Counted from the whole stretch's first letter, positions 14,013 to 25,116 are shown. The stretch: 62,931 nt of DNA, filler included, from Octopus bimaculoides (GCF_001194135.2; 5 parts of 5 records of this genome joined end to end with filler, not necessarily neighbours in it), one strand, 5' to 3'. Notes: generated from the sequence alone by a model not told the origin. Program-made: numbers and translations.

Positions 14013-14061
14013 CCTAAGACTGACGTCAGTCTCGGCAATTCCCGTTGCCTCATCAGTTAAA
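14013..14061 (-). ncRNA. Type I hammerhead ribozyme, probably inactive (core GAAA reads GAGA)
   Basis: The minus strand reads TTTAA-CTGATGA-GGCAA(CGGGAA)TTGCC-GAGA-CTG(ACGT)CAG-TC-TTAGG. Helix II is perfect, helix III is palindromic, and A14 is replaced by G. Confidence 0.75.
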
Positions 14062-14338
14062 CCAATTATGGTCCTTGTTGGTGTATATGTTTTCATTCGT
14101 GTGCATTAACTACAACATTAGGGTATTTTAGCTCTTATTTCTTGCAACGTAGGTGTTTTTTTAACACCCTAGTCACATTTAGTGACAATTATATCTCTTC
14201 TTTTTGGCGAAACATTGCAACCTGCAGTTTACGTTAATTTTGTGTGTACACATTAGCGAATTGCTAAATCATCCATTAATTTGGATGACGAAAAGATAAA
14301 TACTGATAGAGAAACAGGTCCGGAAAAGGCCGAACTGG

Positions 14339-14387
14339 CTTAACTGATGAGGCAATGGAAATTTCCGAAACTGATGTCAGTCTTAAG
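14339..14387 (+). ncRNA. Type I hammerhead ribozyme with intact catalytic core
   Basis: CTTAA-CTGATGA-GGCAA(TGGAAA)TTTCC-GAAA-CTG(ATGT)CAG-TC-TTAAG. Helix I is 5 bp and perfect, helix II pairs 4/5, helix III is 4 bp. Predicted cleavage is after GUC at 14382. Confidence 0.85.
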
Positions 14388-14545
14388 AATTCTCGGTTGG
14401 CATTTTTCGAATGATTATGATTCCTGTTGGCGTATATATTTTCATTCATGTACGTTCACTGCAACATTAGAGCATTTTAACTCTTATTTCTAGCAATGTT
14501 GGTATTTTTTAACACTCTAGTCACATTTAGTGACAAATACACACA

Positions 14546-14598
<53 letters not shown>

Positions 14599-14770
14599 GT
14601 GTGTGTATGTATTTATGTATTATACATATACGTACGAGTGAGTGGACAAAGTAAAGAGGCACTCTAAACAGTTTGATTCAGCATCATGCAACTTGAAGTT
14701 TCGTAGGCTCCCCCCAGAGCTCGTCGGGCTCAGGGATCAAATCACACTGTTATAAACAATATTAATAATC

Positions 14771-14965
14771 GTTTCTATTAAAGGCACAAGGCCTGAAATT
14801 TGAGACTAATCGATTACATCGACCCCAGTGCTTCATTGGTACTTATTTCATCGACCAGAAAGGATGAATGGCAAAGTCGACCTCAGCAGAATTTGAACTT
14901 AGAATGTAAAGACGGATGAAATGCCGCTAAGCACTTTGCTCAGCGTGCTAACCGTTTTGCCACCA
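14771..14965 (-). mobile_element. SINE family A
   Basis: GGCACAAGGCCTGAAATTT...CGATTACATCGACCCCAGTG...GGCAAAGTCGACCTC...ATTTGAAC matches the other copies in reverse. Confidence 0.85.
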
Positions 14966-15019
14966 TGCATTGTCTTCGTTTTTCGAGTAGAGTTAGTCAA
15001 TTTCTGCTAGTGTCCACTT

Positions 15020-15350
15020 CAGAATGAGAGCCCTATAGCAAACTACAGCAACGACTTATATATTGATGTCAGTCATAAGTTTCCTTGCATTGAGTTTTGA
15101 GACCAAGAGAAGCTTGAGGCGTTTCACCCAAGTTCTCTTCAAAGAACTGCTTCAGGTTATTTGTGAACAGTCTGTTTTGATGGAACTATGTACGTTTGTT
15201 TTGTACATATAGATAACACAACGAAAAGAAAACAAAGTCATCCACTTCCAGATTTGTATAAGAGGCAAAGAAATGTTCTGCAAAACTTATGTCTGAGGAG
15301 ACTCCATGAATGAGACGAAAGCGCTAATAAAGAATTATCCAAAATTCTGA
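15020..15350 (+). mobile_element. Probable Penelope-like 3' end (endonuclease tail remnant followed by a hammerhead)
   Basis: The decayed frame ESPIANY..HKF..EF*DQEKLEAFHPSSLQRTASG weakly resembles a GIY-YIG C-terminus. A hammerhead motif lies about 130 bp downstream, the arrangement expected in Penelope-like elements. Confidence 0.45.
15287..15332 (+). ncRNA. Minimal type I hammerhead motif (diverged)
   Basis: CTGAGGA-GACTC(CATGAAT)GAGAC-GAA-AGCGCT-A. The core is intact, helix II pairs 4/5 and helix III is reduced to the palindrome AGCGCT. Helix I is weak (about 3 bp). Confidence 0.6.
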
Positions 15351-15429
15351 CTACCTCTCTTTTTTAAGATATAAAATATGTACACCACTTTAAACAATCT
15401 ATCACACATACGTATACCTATGTTTTTTT

Positions 15430-15485
<56 letters not shown>

Positions 15486-16714
15486 CAGATAGATGAATAC
15501 CTAAACTTGTGTATGTGTATATGCATCTCTGTATACGTACGTGTGTGTGTGTATATATGCATACATAGATGATAGGTGTGTATGTGTGTATATAAGTATA
15601 TATAAATATGTGTATACATAAACGTCTATATTGTACAAATAAACTGGTTATAGAACGAAATAGTTATAGATTTAAAGTTATGAATTTACAAAATTTCAGT
15701 TAGATTATTTAAGATTAAGCTCGTTCATATAGCGTCTTTGTAAAGATTTAGAAATTATAAATATTTTCATTTGATATTTTTCGTCAAATAGTTAAGAAGG
15801 TATGTTAATCTGACGAAGCATCATTACATATTTAAACGGATTTGATTATTCTTGAAAAACTTCATTTTGTTAATGAAGCGGAAACAGCTGTAATTTATGA
15901 GATGTGTCATTTGTTTGTATAAAATATTTAAACTGAATTTATAATTGTTCATTTTATTGTTTTGTTTATCCATTTCTAATTTATATTTATATATTAATAA
16001 AGTTATGTTTATTTTATTTACCTACTGATGTAACATTGTTATTGATATAGGTAACATAAACCAGTAAATTCTTCGGATACATAATATACCTTAGGTGTAT
16101 TTTACACCTAGCTAAACTGTTATTTATATATGTATATANNNNNNNNNNNNNNNNNNNNNNNNNNNNNNNNNNNNNNNNNNNNNNNNNNNNNNNNNNNNNN
16201 NNNNNNNNNNNNNNNNNNNNNNNNNNNNNNNNNNNNNNNNNNNNNNNNNNNNNNNNNNNNNNNNNNNNNNNNNNNNNNNNNNNNNNNNNNNNNNNNNNNN
16301 NNNNNNNNNNNNNNNNNNNNNNNNNNNNNNNNNNNNNNNNNNNNNNNNNNNNNNNNNNNNNNNNNNNNNNNNNNNNNNNNNNNNNNNNNNNNNNNNNNNN
16401 NNNNNNNNNNNNNNNNNNNNNNNNNNNNNNNNNNNNNNNNNNNNNNNNNNNNNNNNNNNNNNNNNNNNNNNNNNNNNNNNNNNNNNNNNNNNNNNNNNNN
16501 NNNNNNNNNNNNNNNNNNNNNNNNNNNNNNNNNNNNNNNNNNNNNNNNNNNNNNNNNNNNNNNNNNNNNNNNNNNNNNNNNNNNNNTATATATATAATTA
16601 TATATATATAAGCAACAACGTTTGCTTGTTGCAAAATCAGCGACTCTATGTCACTTGAAATTATATATATTGCGAGCAGAAGAGAGCTACTGCCATCTCT
16701 AGTACAAGAAGTAT

Positions 16715-16764
16715 TCAGTACTGAAGACAGGCAGAAATAGCCCGAAACCAGAATGGTCTGCTGG
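16715..16764 (+). ncRNA. Type I hammerhead ribozyme motif (second sequence family)
   Basis: TCAGTA-CTGAAGA-C-AGGC(AGAAATA)GCCC-GAA-ACCA(GAA)TGGT-C-TGCTGG. Helix I is 6 bp with two GU pairs and helix III is 4 bp. Helix II is 3 bp with an A.C mismatch at its base. Predicted cleavage is after 16758. Confidence 0.7.
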
Positions 16765-16956
16765 TCCCGTAGCTAGAAGGTGGTAGGGGATCGGCACCAA
16801 CATCCCAGCACTAACCACTTCGTGTATGATAGTCCTCTGAACTTTAGTATTCTCGAACGCCCTCTCGGATGAGAAAATGAATAGCATCAATCTCACCTCT
16901 CTGGGAGGGCTCCCGAAATCCAGGAACGTTGCCTTTTTCTCCAGATCCAGCAAGTG

Positions 16957-17086
16957 AATGTGTGGTAAGAAGCTTGTTTCCCAGCATTGTTCTGTGTTCA
17001 GTCACATTGTTTAGCACCTACTATAGCTTCAGGCCGACCTAAGCCTTGTGGGTAGATTTGGTAGACGGAAACTGAGAGACCCGTTG

Positions 17087-17154
<68 letters not shown>

Positions 17155-17335
17155 CATGTCTGTTTTTGTCCTTTACCATCGCTTGACAACAGGTGTTGGA
17201 GTGTTTACGCCCCCGTAACTTAGAATAAGTATCAAGCTTTACAAAATAAAGTTAAGCACTGTGATTAAGGATTCTTCAAGGCGGTGCCCCATCATGGCCG
17301 CAGTCTAATGACTGAAACGAGTAAAAAAAAAGAGA
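16957..17335 (+). mobile_element. SINE family B with internal (TA)n(TG)n
   Basis: TGTGTGGTAAGAAGCTTG head, GGTAGACGGAAACTG, internal microsatellite and ATGGCCGCAGTCTAATGACTGAAAC tail. Confidence 0.85.
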
Positions 17336-18286
17336 AGATATTTTCTCTTAATCATAGATTCACCTGTCATTCCATGTGATATAAAGATAAGTGATTTATG
17401 TTGTAACTTTTAACTTTTTCACTCCACGACATTCTGTAGTTGAAATTAGCTATAATAGGATTATGTCATATGCACGCGAGTCGAAATCTTTTAGAAATAT
17501 TTTATATTTTAAAGTACATAGGAGTGTTGTCCTGAAAGCAAAATAAACGTGAGCATAATTATTTTATTAACTGACATAGGACGTTCGAATTCTAGATGTA
17601 TTCAGACTTATTTATCGAATCTGAAAGGATGATAGGCAGCGTTAAGCTCGGATTTGGACTCAAAGTATAGAAAGTCGGGACAAGCATCGCAGCGCATTCT
17701 ATCCGTGACTTTAACGATTCGCCATTGTCGTTATAAGTGTACGTGTGTTTTTTTTTACATTCATTTAAGTGAACCTATCTTATTGGATATTTGCGGCAAG
17801 ACAGTTCCGGATATATGAGATGTACACTAATGCGGGTTTTACTTGAGGTTTATAGAAGCTCAAAAACCTATCAAAACCAGATTATTTTCTGGTCCTGAAC
17901 AGGAATCTTATCCTGTTTTAAGATTCACACGGGTCATATATAATTTATGTAATTGCGTGTATATAACAAAGGCGGTTAATCTGTAATCGTTGGATACATG
18001 AATGTGCTAACAACTTCACTGATTATCAGATACAATTCTACTGTTATCTGGTGCTTTTTGAGAAGGACACTTCATTCTACATTGTCTTCGCTCATCTTAC
18101 AGGAAGGAATAGCGAGCATATAATCTCGTTATATTCAGCTTTCGTCTTCCTATGCTTTGCTTTTGTACTCTTATTCCATGTTTAGAGATTACACATGGAA
18201 TAAGGTAGGATTTCCAGGTGGATACAGTTCTAGATAAGAAAGAGAAAGAATATGGAATGTGGGAAGAGAGATATTCTCTTTGTCTG

Positions 18287-18353
<67 letters not shown>

Positions 18354-18426
18354 CTCTATTTATCTATCTATCTATGTTTGTCTGTCGGTCTACTTATCTA
18401 GCCGTGTACCGGCTTATGTATTTATC

Positions 18427-18457
<31 letters not shown>

Positions 18458-18843
18458 ACACCCATAAGTTTTTTTATGTGTGTATGAATATATCCTATTT
18501 TTAATTCTTTCTGTAAAATCCAGTTTTTAAATGAAAAACAAAGGCTCCTTCATTGGAATTCAGGTAGTAACAAGTATATTTTAGGAAAAAAACCCATTGA
18601 ATTTAGTATGTGCTAGATTTTTTTTTTTTAACCTATAAACATTAAATCACCCATCTAGTAAGTAACCAAGTGGGCTAACGATTACAAGTGGACAAGTAAA
18701 TTTATAACCTAAGCTAGTTGTACTTTACAGAGAAGTTGTTCGTATATTATCTTTTGCATTGATTTTTAAATAAAATGTTCACCTCTACAACAACAGTGCA
18801 TAAATTCTAGTTTTCTGTCCAAAATGCCCTCAAACCTGTTAAT

Positions 18844-19600
18844 TTATATTTGGCAGAAGTTTTGATGAAGATGTATTTCCAATACTCTCGGTATTGAAAC
18901 GTCAGGTATATTTATCCCAAAGCAGTTTTTCTTACGGATATAAGCGTATATTGCTTTAGCACGAACGTGATGCCTCGAAGGAAAGTATTGTCCTAATGAG
19001 ATTTTCAGGTAGCTCTTGATAAGATACATAATGTCGTCCACATAAATGTAATTTTCGGTCGAATCATGAGGTTTAAGGCGTTTTTTATCACTTTTATGCA
19101 ACAAAAATATTGTAGCTATATCTTGCTGCAGTATTGCAAATACATAATTTTCGAAATGTGACTTGATATAACCTAAAATCCAGCAATTTCGGTATCCATT
19201 TCAAGATTCCTTGTAATCATGTACCCAGAGTATGTCTTCTCAAAGTCTTTGATAAGAAAGATCAGTCTCGCAGTTCTTAGACCGGGTAGAATATCTTCAG
19301 ATATTCTGCTTCTCGAACTTCTCATTTCCGACATGCAACATGTTTTCCAAACTTTTGAGAATTTGATAGATGTATTTTTTAACTTTATTTTTTACTACTG
19401 TACTTTAAGCAAGTGGTGTCTGATTGATGCCATATGACATCTTAACAACTGCCTCGTCCGTTGCCTTTTCACCTGAGAATACCAAATACTATTCACAATG
19501 TAGGGTAAATTTTGATACTTTCGCCCGCACGATTTTCACTAAGAAATAATACAAAAAACTCGGATTTTCCGCTTGGAATCGAGTACCCTGACCTCCTAAT
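18844..19600 (-). pseudogene. Decayed single-frame ORF of unknown family, probably inside a DNA transposon
   Basis: About 200 codons in one frame from ATG 19440 to 18844 with a few stops. A GC-richer terminus-like sequence GGAGGTCAGGGTACTCGATTCC ends near 19595. The family is not recognised. Confidence 0.4.
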
Positions 19601-20092
19601 ATGCCGCAAACCCCTTATTTTTGTTTGGAAAAAAAGTGTGGGTGGGGTGGAACCCTCGGAAATTTAACCCTCCTCCCATTTTCAAATATTTTTTGCTGTT
19701 TCTTTCTTTACCCATATTTTTAGATAACATTTTGCAGAAATACATTTTCGAGAGAATGTTGATTACATGAGATTGAAGATACAAACAAATTTGAAAAGAG
19801 TAAGTGAAAGTGCAGACGTTGTAGAAGTTAGTGGTAACGAAGTTTGTGGAGTGATAAAGAATGATAAATAATTCATCTAAAAAACATGTTAGAGTTTGTG
19901 TATGTGTGTGATACAAGTAAAAGTATAATATTAAAACAAAATATCTTTATCATACCTCTTAAAATCACTGGATATAATATATATAATATATAATAATTCC
20001 AGATTGCAGAATAGATTTGAAAAACTAATTCACTTTCCCTTTGCAATTTTTGGCACCGAAATCGGGTAACTAATGCATTTCATTTTTGTGTG

Positions 20093-20151
<59 letters not shown>

Positions 20152-20208
20152 NNNNNNNNNNNNNNNNNNNNNNNNNNNNNNNNNNNNNNNNNNNNNNNNN
20201 NNNNNNNN

Positions 20209-20260
<52 letters not shown>

Positions 20261-20379
20261 TCAGTGAGTGACGAAGTTTACCTAAACTTTCAATGATATA
20301 GTAATATATTATATTATACATCATCATCATCATCATCATTATCATCATCATCATCCAGTGGCCCATAAAACGCACCATT

Positions 20380-20605
20380 CAAGCGTGGTCGATGCTAGTG
20401 CCACCTGACTGGTTCCCGTGCCGGTGACACTTAAAAAGCACCCACTACACTCTCGGAATGGCTGACGTTAGGAAGGGCATCCAACTGCAGAAACCCTGCC
20501 AGAACAGATTGGAGCGTGGTGCAACCTCCTGGCTTGCCGGTCCTCAGTCAAACCATCCAACCCATGCCAGCATGGAAAGCAGACGTTAATCGATGATGAT
20601 GATGC
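20380..20605 (+). mobile_element. Isolated 3' UTR/tail of an RTE-type LINE
   Basis: AAAAGCACCCACTAC...AGGAAGGGCATCCA...CCAACCCATGCCAGCATGGAAA...(GAT)n, homologous to 38545-38723 at the end of the RTE copy. Confidence 0.8.
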
Positions 20606-20629
20606 GTTTATTTTTTTGATTGTCAATTT

Positions 20630-20760
20630 TTTGGTTGCCGAGGTCGACTTTGCCTTTCATCTTTTCGGGGTCGATAAATTAAGTACCAGTTACGCACTGG
20701 AGTCGATGTAATCGACTTAATCCCTATGTCTGTCCTTGTTTGTCTCCTCTATGTTTAGCA
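20630..20760 (+). mobile_element. SINE family A, 3' half
   Basis: GCCGAGGTCGACTTTGCCTTTCATC...GGGGTCGATAAATTAAGTACCAG. Confidence 0.85.
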
Positions 20761-20992
20761 CCCATTTCTCAAGTATTTTTGGTTTTCCACTCTCTTTCAA
20801 GTGGTTGGAAATTGTCGTATACATTACGTCTAATTCAGAAGCAAGCTCTCGAACAGTTGTGCGTATATTGGTTTCCACTAAGGCTCTTAGTTGATCGTTG
20901 TCAACATCCGATGCCCGACCACTACTCTTATCATCTTCAAGACTCTCGTCACCGCTACGAAATTTCTTGAACAACCATTGTGCTGTACGTTC
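20761..20992 (-). mobile_element. Mariner transposase N-terminal HTH fragment
   Basis: ERTAQWLFKKFRSGDESLEDDKSSGRASDVDNDQLRALVE...TTVRELASEL...TTISNHLK...K...KWV is a typical mariner HTH region ending at the WVP-like motif. Confidence 0.9.
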
Positions 20993-21400
20993 ATTCGTTA
21001 GCACGCCGGGTGAAATGTTTAGCGGTGTTTGTCTGCCGTTAAGTTCTGATTTCTAATTCCGCCGAGGTCGACTCTGCGTTTCATCCTTTCGGGGTCGATA
21101 AATTAAGTACCAGTTACGCACTGGGGTCGATGTAATCGACTTAATCACTTTGTCTATCCTTGTTTGTCCCCTCTATGTTTAGCCCCTTGTGGGCAATAAA
21201 GAATTAAGAAACGTTGGCACACTGGGCGAAATGCTTAGCAGTATTTCGTCTGTCTTTACGTTGAGTTCAAATTCCACCGAGGTCGACTTTGCCTTTCATC
21301 CTTTTGGGGTCGATAAATTAAGTACCAGTTGCATTCTAGGGTCGATCTAATCGACTGGCCCCTCCTCCAAAATTTCGGGCCTTGTGCCTAGAGTAGAAAA
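20993..21400 (+). mobile_element. Two head-to-tail SINE family A copies with different tails
   Basis: Units 20993-21207 and 21208-21400 both begin at CGTT(A/G)GCAC. The first ends CCCTTGTGGGCAATAAAG and the second ends GGGCCTTGTGCCTAGAGTAGAAAA. Confidence 0.85.
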
Positions 21401-23201
21401 TGATGAATTAAGTTTATAAATGGTTTAAGGAAGCAGTCGGCTGATAAATATTTTAATTTCTGTATATACAAGTATTATTTTGTATAGAATTTCGGATTTC
21501 ATTATATTTCTTTAGTTATACATGTGAGTGCTATCCTGCAGAGCGTCAACATGTTTCCTTGTCCAACTTCTAGATCTTTCCACCGTTTCATCATGCTACT
21601 GTAGTGAAAGTTTTGGAGCGGATACTCAATGTTTTATTACTGAAATTGATACAGTATTCCTTTCTGAATGTCTTTAACCATGATGTCAAATTTACAAGCA
21701 TTGTTTGTATAACACTTGTTATCACATGTTTTCTTACAAACTTTAGCAACACCATAGATAAAACTGCGAGTTGTTTGTCGTACTCCACTTCCACAATGGT
21801 TTTAGCGACAGTTTAGAGATTATATGAATTTTCACCTGAAATTGCTGATTTAAAATATATAGAAGTCGTAGATATTCAATAGTTGTATCTCTGTCAAATC
21901 AGTGATATATGGTGACATATATGTGCTAAGAGGTGGAGATGGTGTTAATAGTAAGTAACGATGTTTGTACTTAATTTACGTCTTTGTTACAGTTTTCTGC
22001 CAGCTTTCGATTTTCTTACTTTTTTTTTTTGTCTTCACACTTTTAAAAATCGATTGGTATTACAAGAATTGGAATATCCGCTGTAGTAACTTTTCAAACA
22101 ACGAACGATCTTTGTTTTCAAAGGTGTTTAACTGTGAGGTGGTTTTGGTTTTGGTTGAATTTGTTCCAGTAATTCTTTAACCGTTCCACAGAATCGTTAA
22201 AAGGATTGTCTTGCTTTATCTCACAACACCGGAATAAATATTGATTTAAATGAAAACATTGAGTAAAGCGATTTGAACACTTTTGTCACCTTTCATAGTA
22301 CACAAATTTGGTAGTGTTGTAAAGTGATAATTTTGTCGACACTGCCAATGCCATCAAGTATTGATCCTTGAAGCAGAACTACAGGGCGACGAAGAGTCTT
22401 AAAATCCAATTTGAATAATGTTAGGTTGTTGAGAGATCGGTGTTTCTCTTATATATATATAGCAGAAAATAGCCTTTTAGGTCGGCTTAGTTGTTGAGGA
22501 CAGTATGCAAACAACCTAATTGAAACGACTCTTAAACGCTTGCACTACGTAGTTGAAGATGCCAATTTGTGATGTCTGTCTCTATCTTTGTATGTTTGAA
22601 TGTATGAAATGTAGTATGCATGTATATATGTATGTATTTAAATTGCGACAATTTTCTAAAGGCATATACGCATATTGGCTACTACTCTATGAAATAAGAG
22701 GAATTGACATTGACCTCAGTAAGCTCTCTCTAGACTTGGAGAGACTGCTAATAGGTGACAGCATTGGTGTCGAAGTTAAACTTCAATGTTTGCTTATACA
22801 AGAGAATCTAAAATTATTCAACAGTAGCATTCTGATAAAAATCCCTATCACCTTCTCCACTATTCTATAATACCACGCTGTTCATGTTATGTTTAGAATT
22901 ACAAGAAAACATAGGATAGGCGTATTAATTTCTGAATAAGTGCAATTTTTACAACTCACAGGCTGTTGCAGAAATTTGCATGTAAGTCGAATTGTTTTGT
23001 AACTATAATTATAAAGACAATATCACAAGCAAGATAAATGATAATTTATACGTATATGCTTATCCATATCTTTCCAATCCCTTTCTCGTTTTTCGTTACT
23101 TACACATCAACATAAATAATATCTCCGTAGTAGAGACGATAAACGTTTCTAAAGCATTTATAAAAGTTAGGCTGAGCAGTCTTGAATGGAAACATTTTAG
23201 T

Positions 23202-23361
23202 CGCAGGCGTGGCTGTGTGGTAAGAAGCTTTCTTTCCAGCCACATGGTTCCACGTTCAGTCCTACTCCGTGGCACCTTGAACAAGTGTCTTCTACTATAA
23301 TCTTGGGCCGACAAAGCCTTATGAATGGATTTGGTAGATGGAAATTAAAATAAGCTCATCG

Positions 23362-23395
<34 letters not shown>

Positions 23396-23657
23396 TGTAT
23401 GTATGTATGTATGTATGTGTGTGTGTGTGTGTGTGTGTCTGCCTTTGTGTCTGTGTTTTCTCCCACCACTACTTAACTACCAGTGTCGGTTTGTTTACAC
23501 CCCCGTAAATTAGCAGCTCGGCAAAAGACATGATTAGAATAAGGGCCAGGCTTAATAAAAAATAAGTACTGCGGTTGATTTATTCGACTAAAAATTCTTC
23601 AAGGCAGTGCCCCAGCATGGCCTCAGTCTAACTACTGAAACAAGTAAAAAATAAAAG
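23202..23657 (+). mobile_element. Full-length SINE family B
   Basis: CGCAGGCGTGGCTGTGTGGTAAG head, CACCTTGAACAAGTG CORE-like box, (TATG)n(TG)n interior and CTGAAACAAGTAAAA tail. Confidence 0.88.
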
Positions 23658-23699
23658 TTACATATCTCATACCGAACATAGCGTAAATTAGAACTGGGT

Positions 23700-23830
23700 G
23701 GTACTCCAGCTCAAGGCGGCACTCCAACTCAAGGCGGTACTCCAGCTCAAGGCGGTGCTCTAGCTCAAAGTGGTGCTCTAGCATGGCCACAGTCAAATGA
23801 CTGAAACAAGTAAAAGAATAAAAGAATTAA
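23700..23830 (+). repeat. 18-bp tandem repeat derived from the SINE-B 3' end, plus a second tail
   Basis: GGT(A/G)CTC(C/T)AGCTCAAGGC x4, then GGTGCTCTAGCATGGCCACAGTCAAATGACTGAAACAAG. Confidence 0.8.
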
Positions 23831-24678
23831 AAAACATCGCAGTACATCAAACAAGAATTATACCGTATATACATTGTTTCTATGCAACTAATGGGCGAAA
23901 AGAATACTAGTGAAGTCTTTTGACCGACAACTTTACGTTTGTTGACCGCTCTTCAGAGAAGACAAATCCAGCATAGATCAGCTACTATACAAAGCATTGA
24001 TAAATTTAACTAGCGCCATAGTGGAAAACTGAATGTAAGTATTTGTCCCTTTGGCGATTATTCCATAATCAAACAATATCTAAAATCATATATATATAAA
24101 TAAATAAATATGTCTATATATATACTGTCTCTTAAGACAGCAAAACATTCCCTCAATATACACAGGAGAAAAAAGCCAGGTCAGTTCCTCCTCAACTTTA
24201 TTCGATTATCAAAGAATATGTAGATGTATTTTTCCATATATGTATTTTCATACACTGTTTTTAACATTTTCATCTTATTATCAGAGAATGTGTGATAATC
24301 AGTATGTAACACTACAAAGTTCATACAAAGCTTTATACTTTAACTATATTTTATCAGCAAAGAATGTATATATGCATTTTAATACTCAAACTGTTTTTTA
24401 ACATTTTTTATTATTCTCAAAGACTTTTGATAACCTTTTTCTAAAAAAGTGAATCCGGTTAAGTAAATAAATATCTTTAAAATAAGTGCATTTTCAAACC
24501 TTCTTTCATANNNNNNNNNNNNNNNNNNNNNNNNNNNNNNNNNNNNNNNNNNNNNNNNNNNNNNNNNNNNNNNNNNNNNNNNNNNNNNNNNNNNNNNNNN
24601 NNNNNNNNNNNNNNNNNNNNNNNNNNNNNNNNNNNNNNNNNNNNNNNNNNNNNNNNNNNNNNNNNNNNNNNNNNNNNN

Positions 24679-24710
<32 letters not shown>

Positions 24711-25059
24711 CATTCTTTTATTTTACGGTGTGTTGGCATAAAATAGGTATTATTTAATCAATGATGACATGCTAAAATAACAAATTTGTAAATTCGGCTA
24801 TCTACCATGGTGCTAGCCTAGTTTATGATTAAGTTTGCAGAATGTAAATAGGCAGCTGAAAAGCAAAACGCGCGCGCGCGCACTCACGCACACCCACCCA
24901 CACACACACACACGCACGCGCACACGCACGCGCACACGCACGCACACACGCATAATGTATGTACGATACACATGTTTGTTTGAATTATGTAAATTGCGTC
25001 AGTTGTGTTCATACATATATACTGGTAGAGATACAGGCAGATGTAAAGTCTGACGAATA

Positions 25060-25077
25060 TATATACATATAAATATA

Positions 25078-25116
<39 letters not shown>

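Larger units (their letters stand above)
13800..14535. mobile_element. Hammerhead-containing inverted/direct-repeat cassette (Penelope pseudo-LTR or retrozyme-like)
   Basis: Arm 13850-13985 is the inverted copy of 14066-14207, and 14415-14535 is a direct copy of most of the latter. The roughly 200-bp unit (hammerhead + linker + arm) is present once on each strand. Confidence 0.75.

Noticed and set aside
21480-22450. Coding-like AT-rich stretch on the minus strand
   Set aside because: All frames are interrupted and there are no recognisable motifs. It may be an old transposon, but that is unsupported.
23104-23148. 45-nt candidate exon (NVYRLYYGDIIYVDV or TFIVSTTEILFMLM)
   Set aside because: The frame is ambiguous, the pyrimidine tract is weak and it lies near a SINE, so it is within chance expectation.
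23700-23790. 18-bp repeats as a possible CRISPR-like array
   Set aside because: The units are directly adjacent with no spacers and derive from the SINE-B tail, and there are no cas genes.
23925-23960. Minus-strand CTGAAGAGCGGTCAACAAACGT
   Set aside because: G12 is absent and there is no helix II, so it is too decayed to call.
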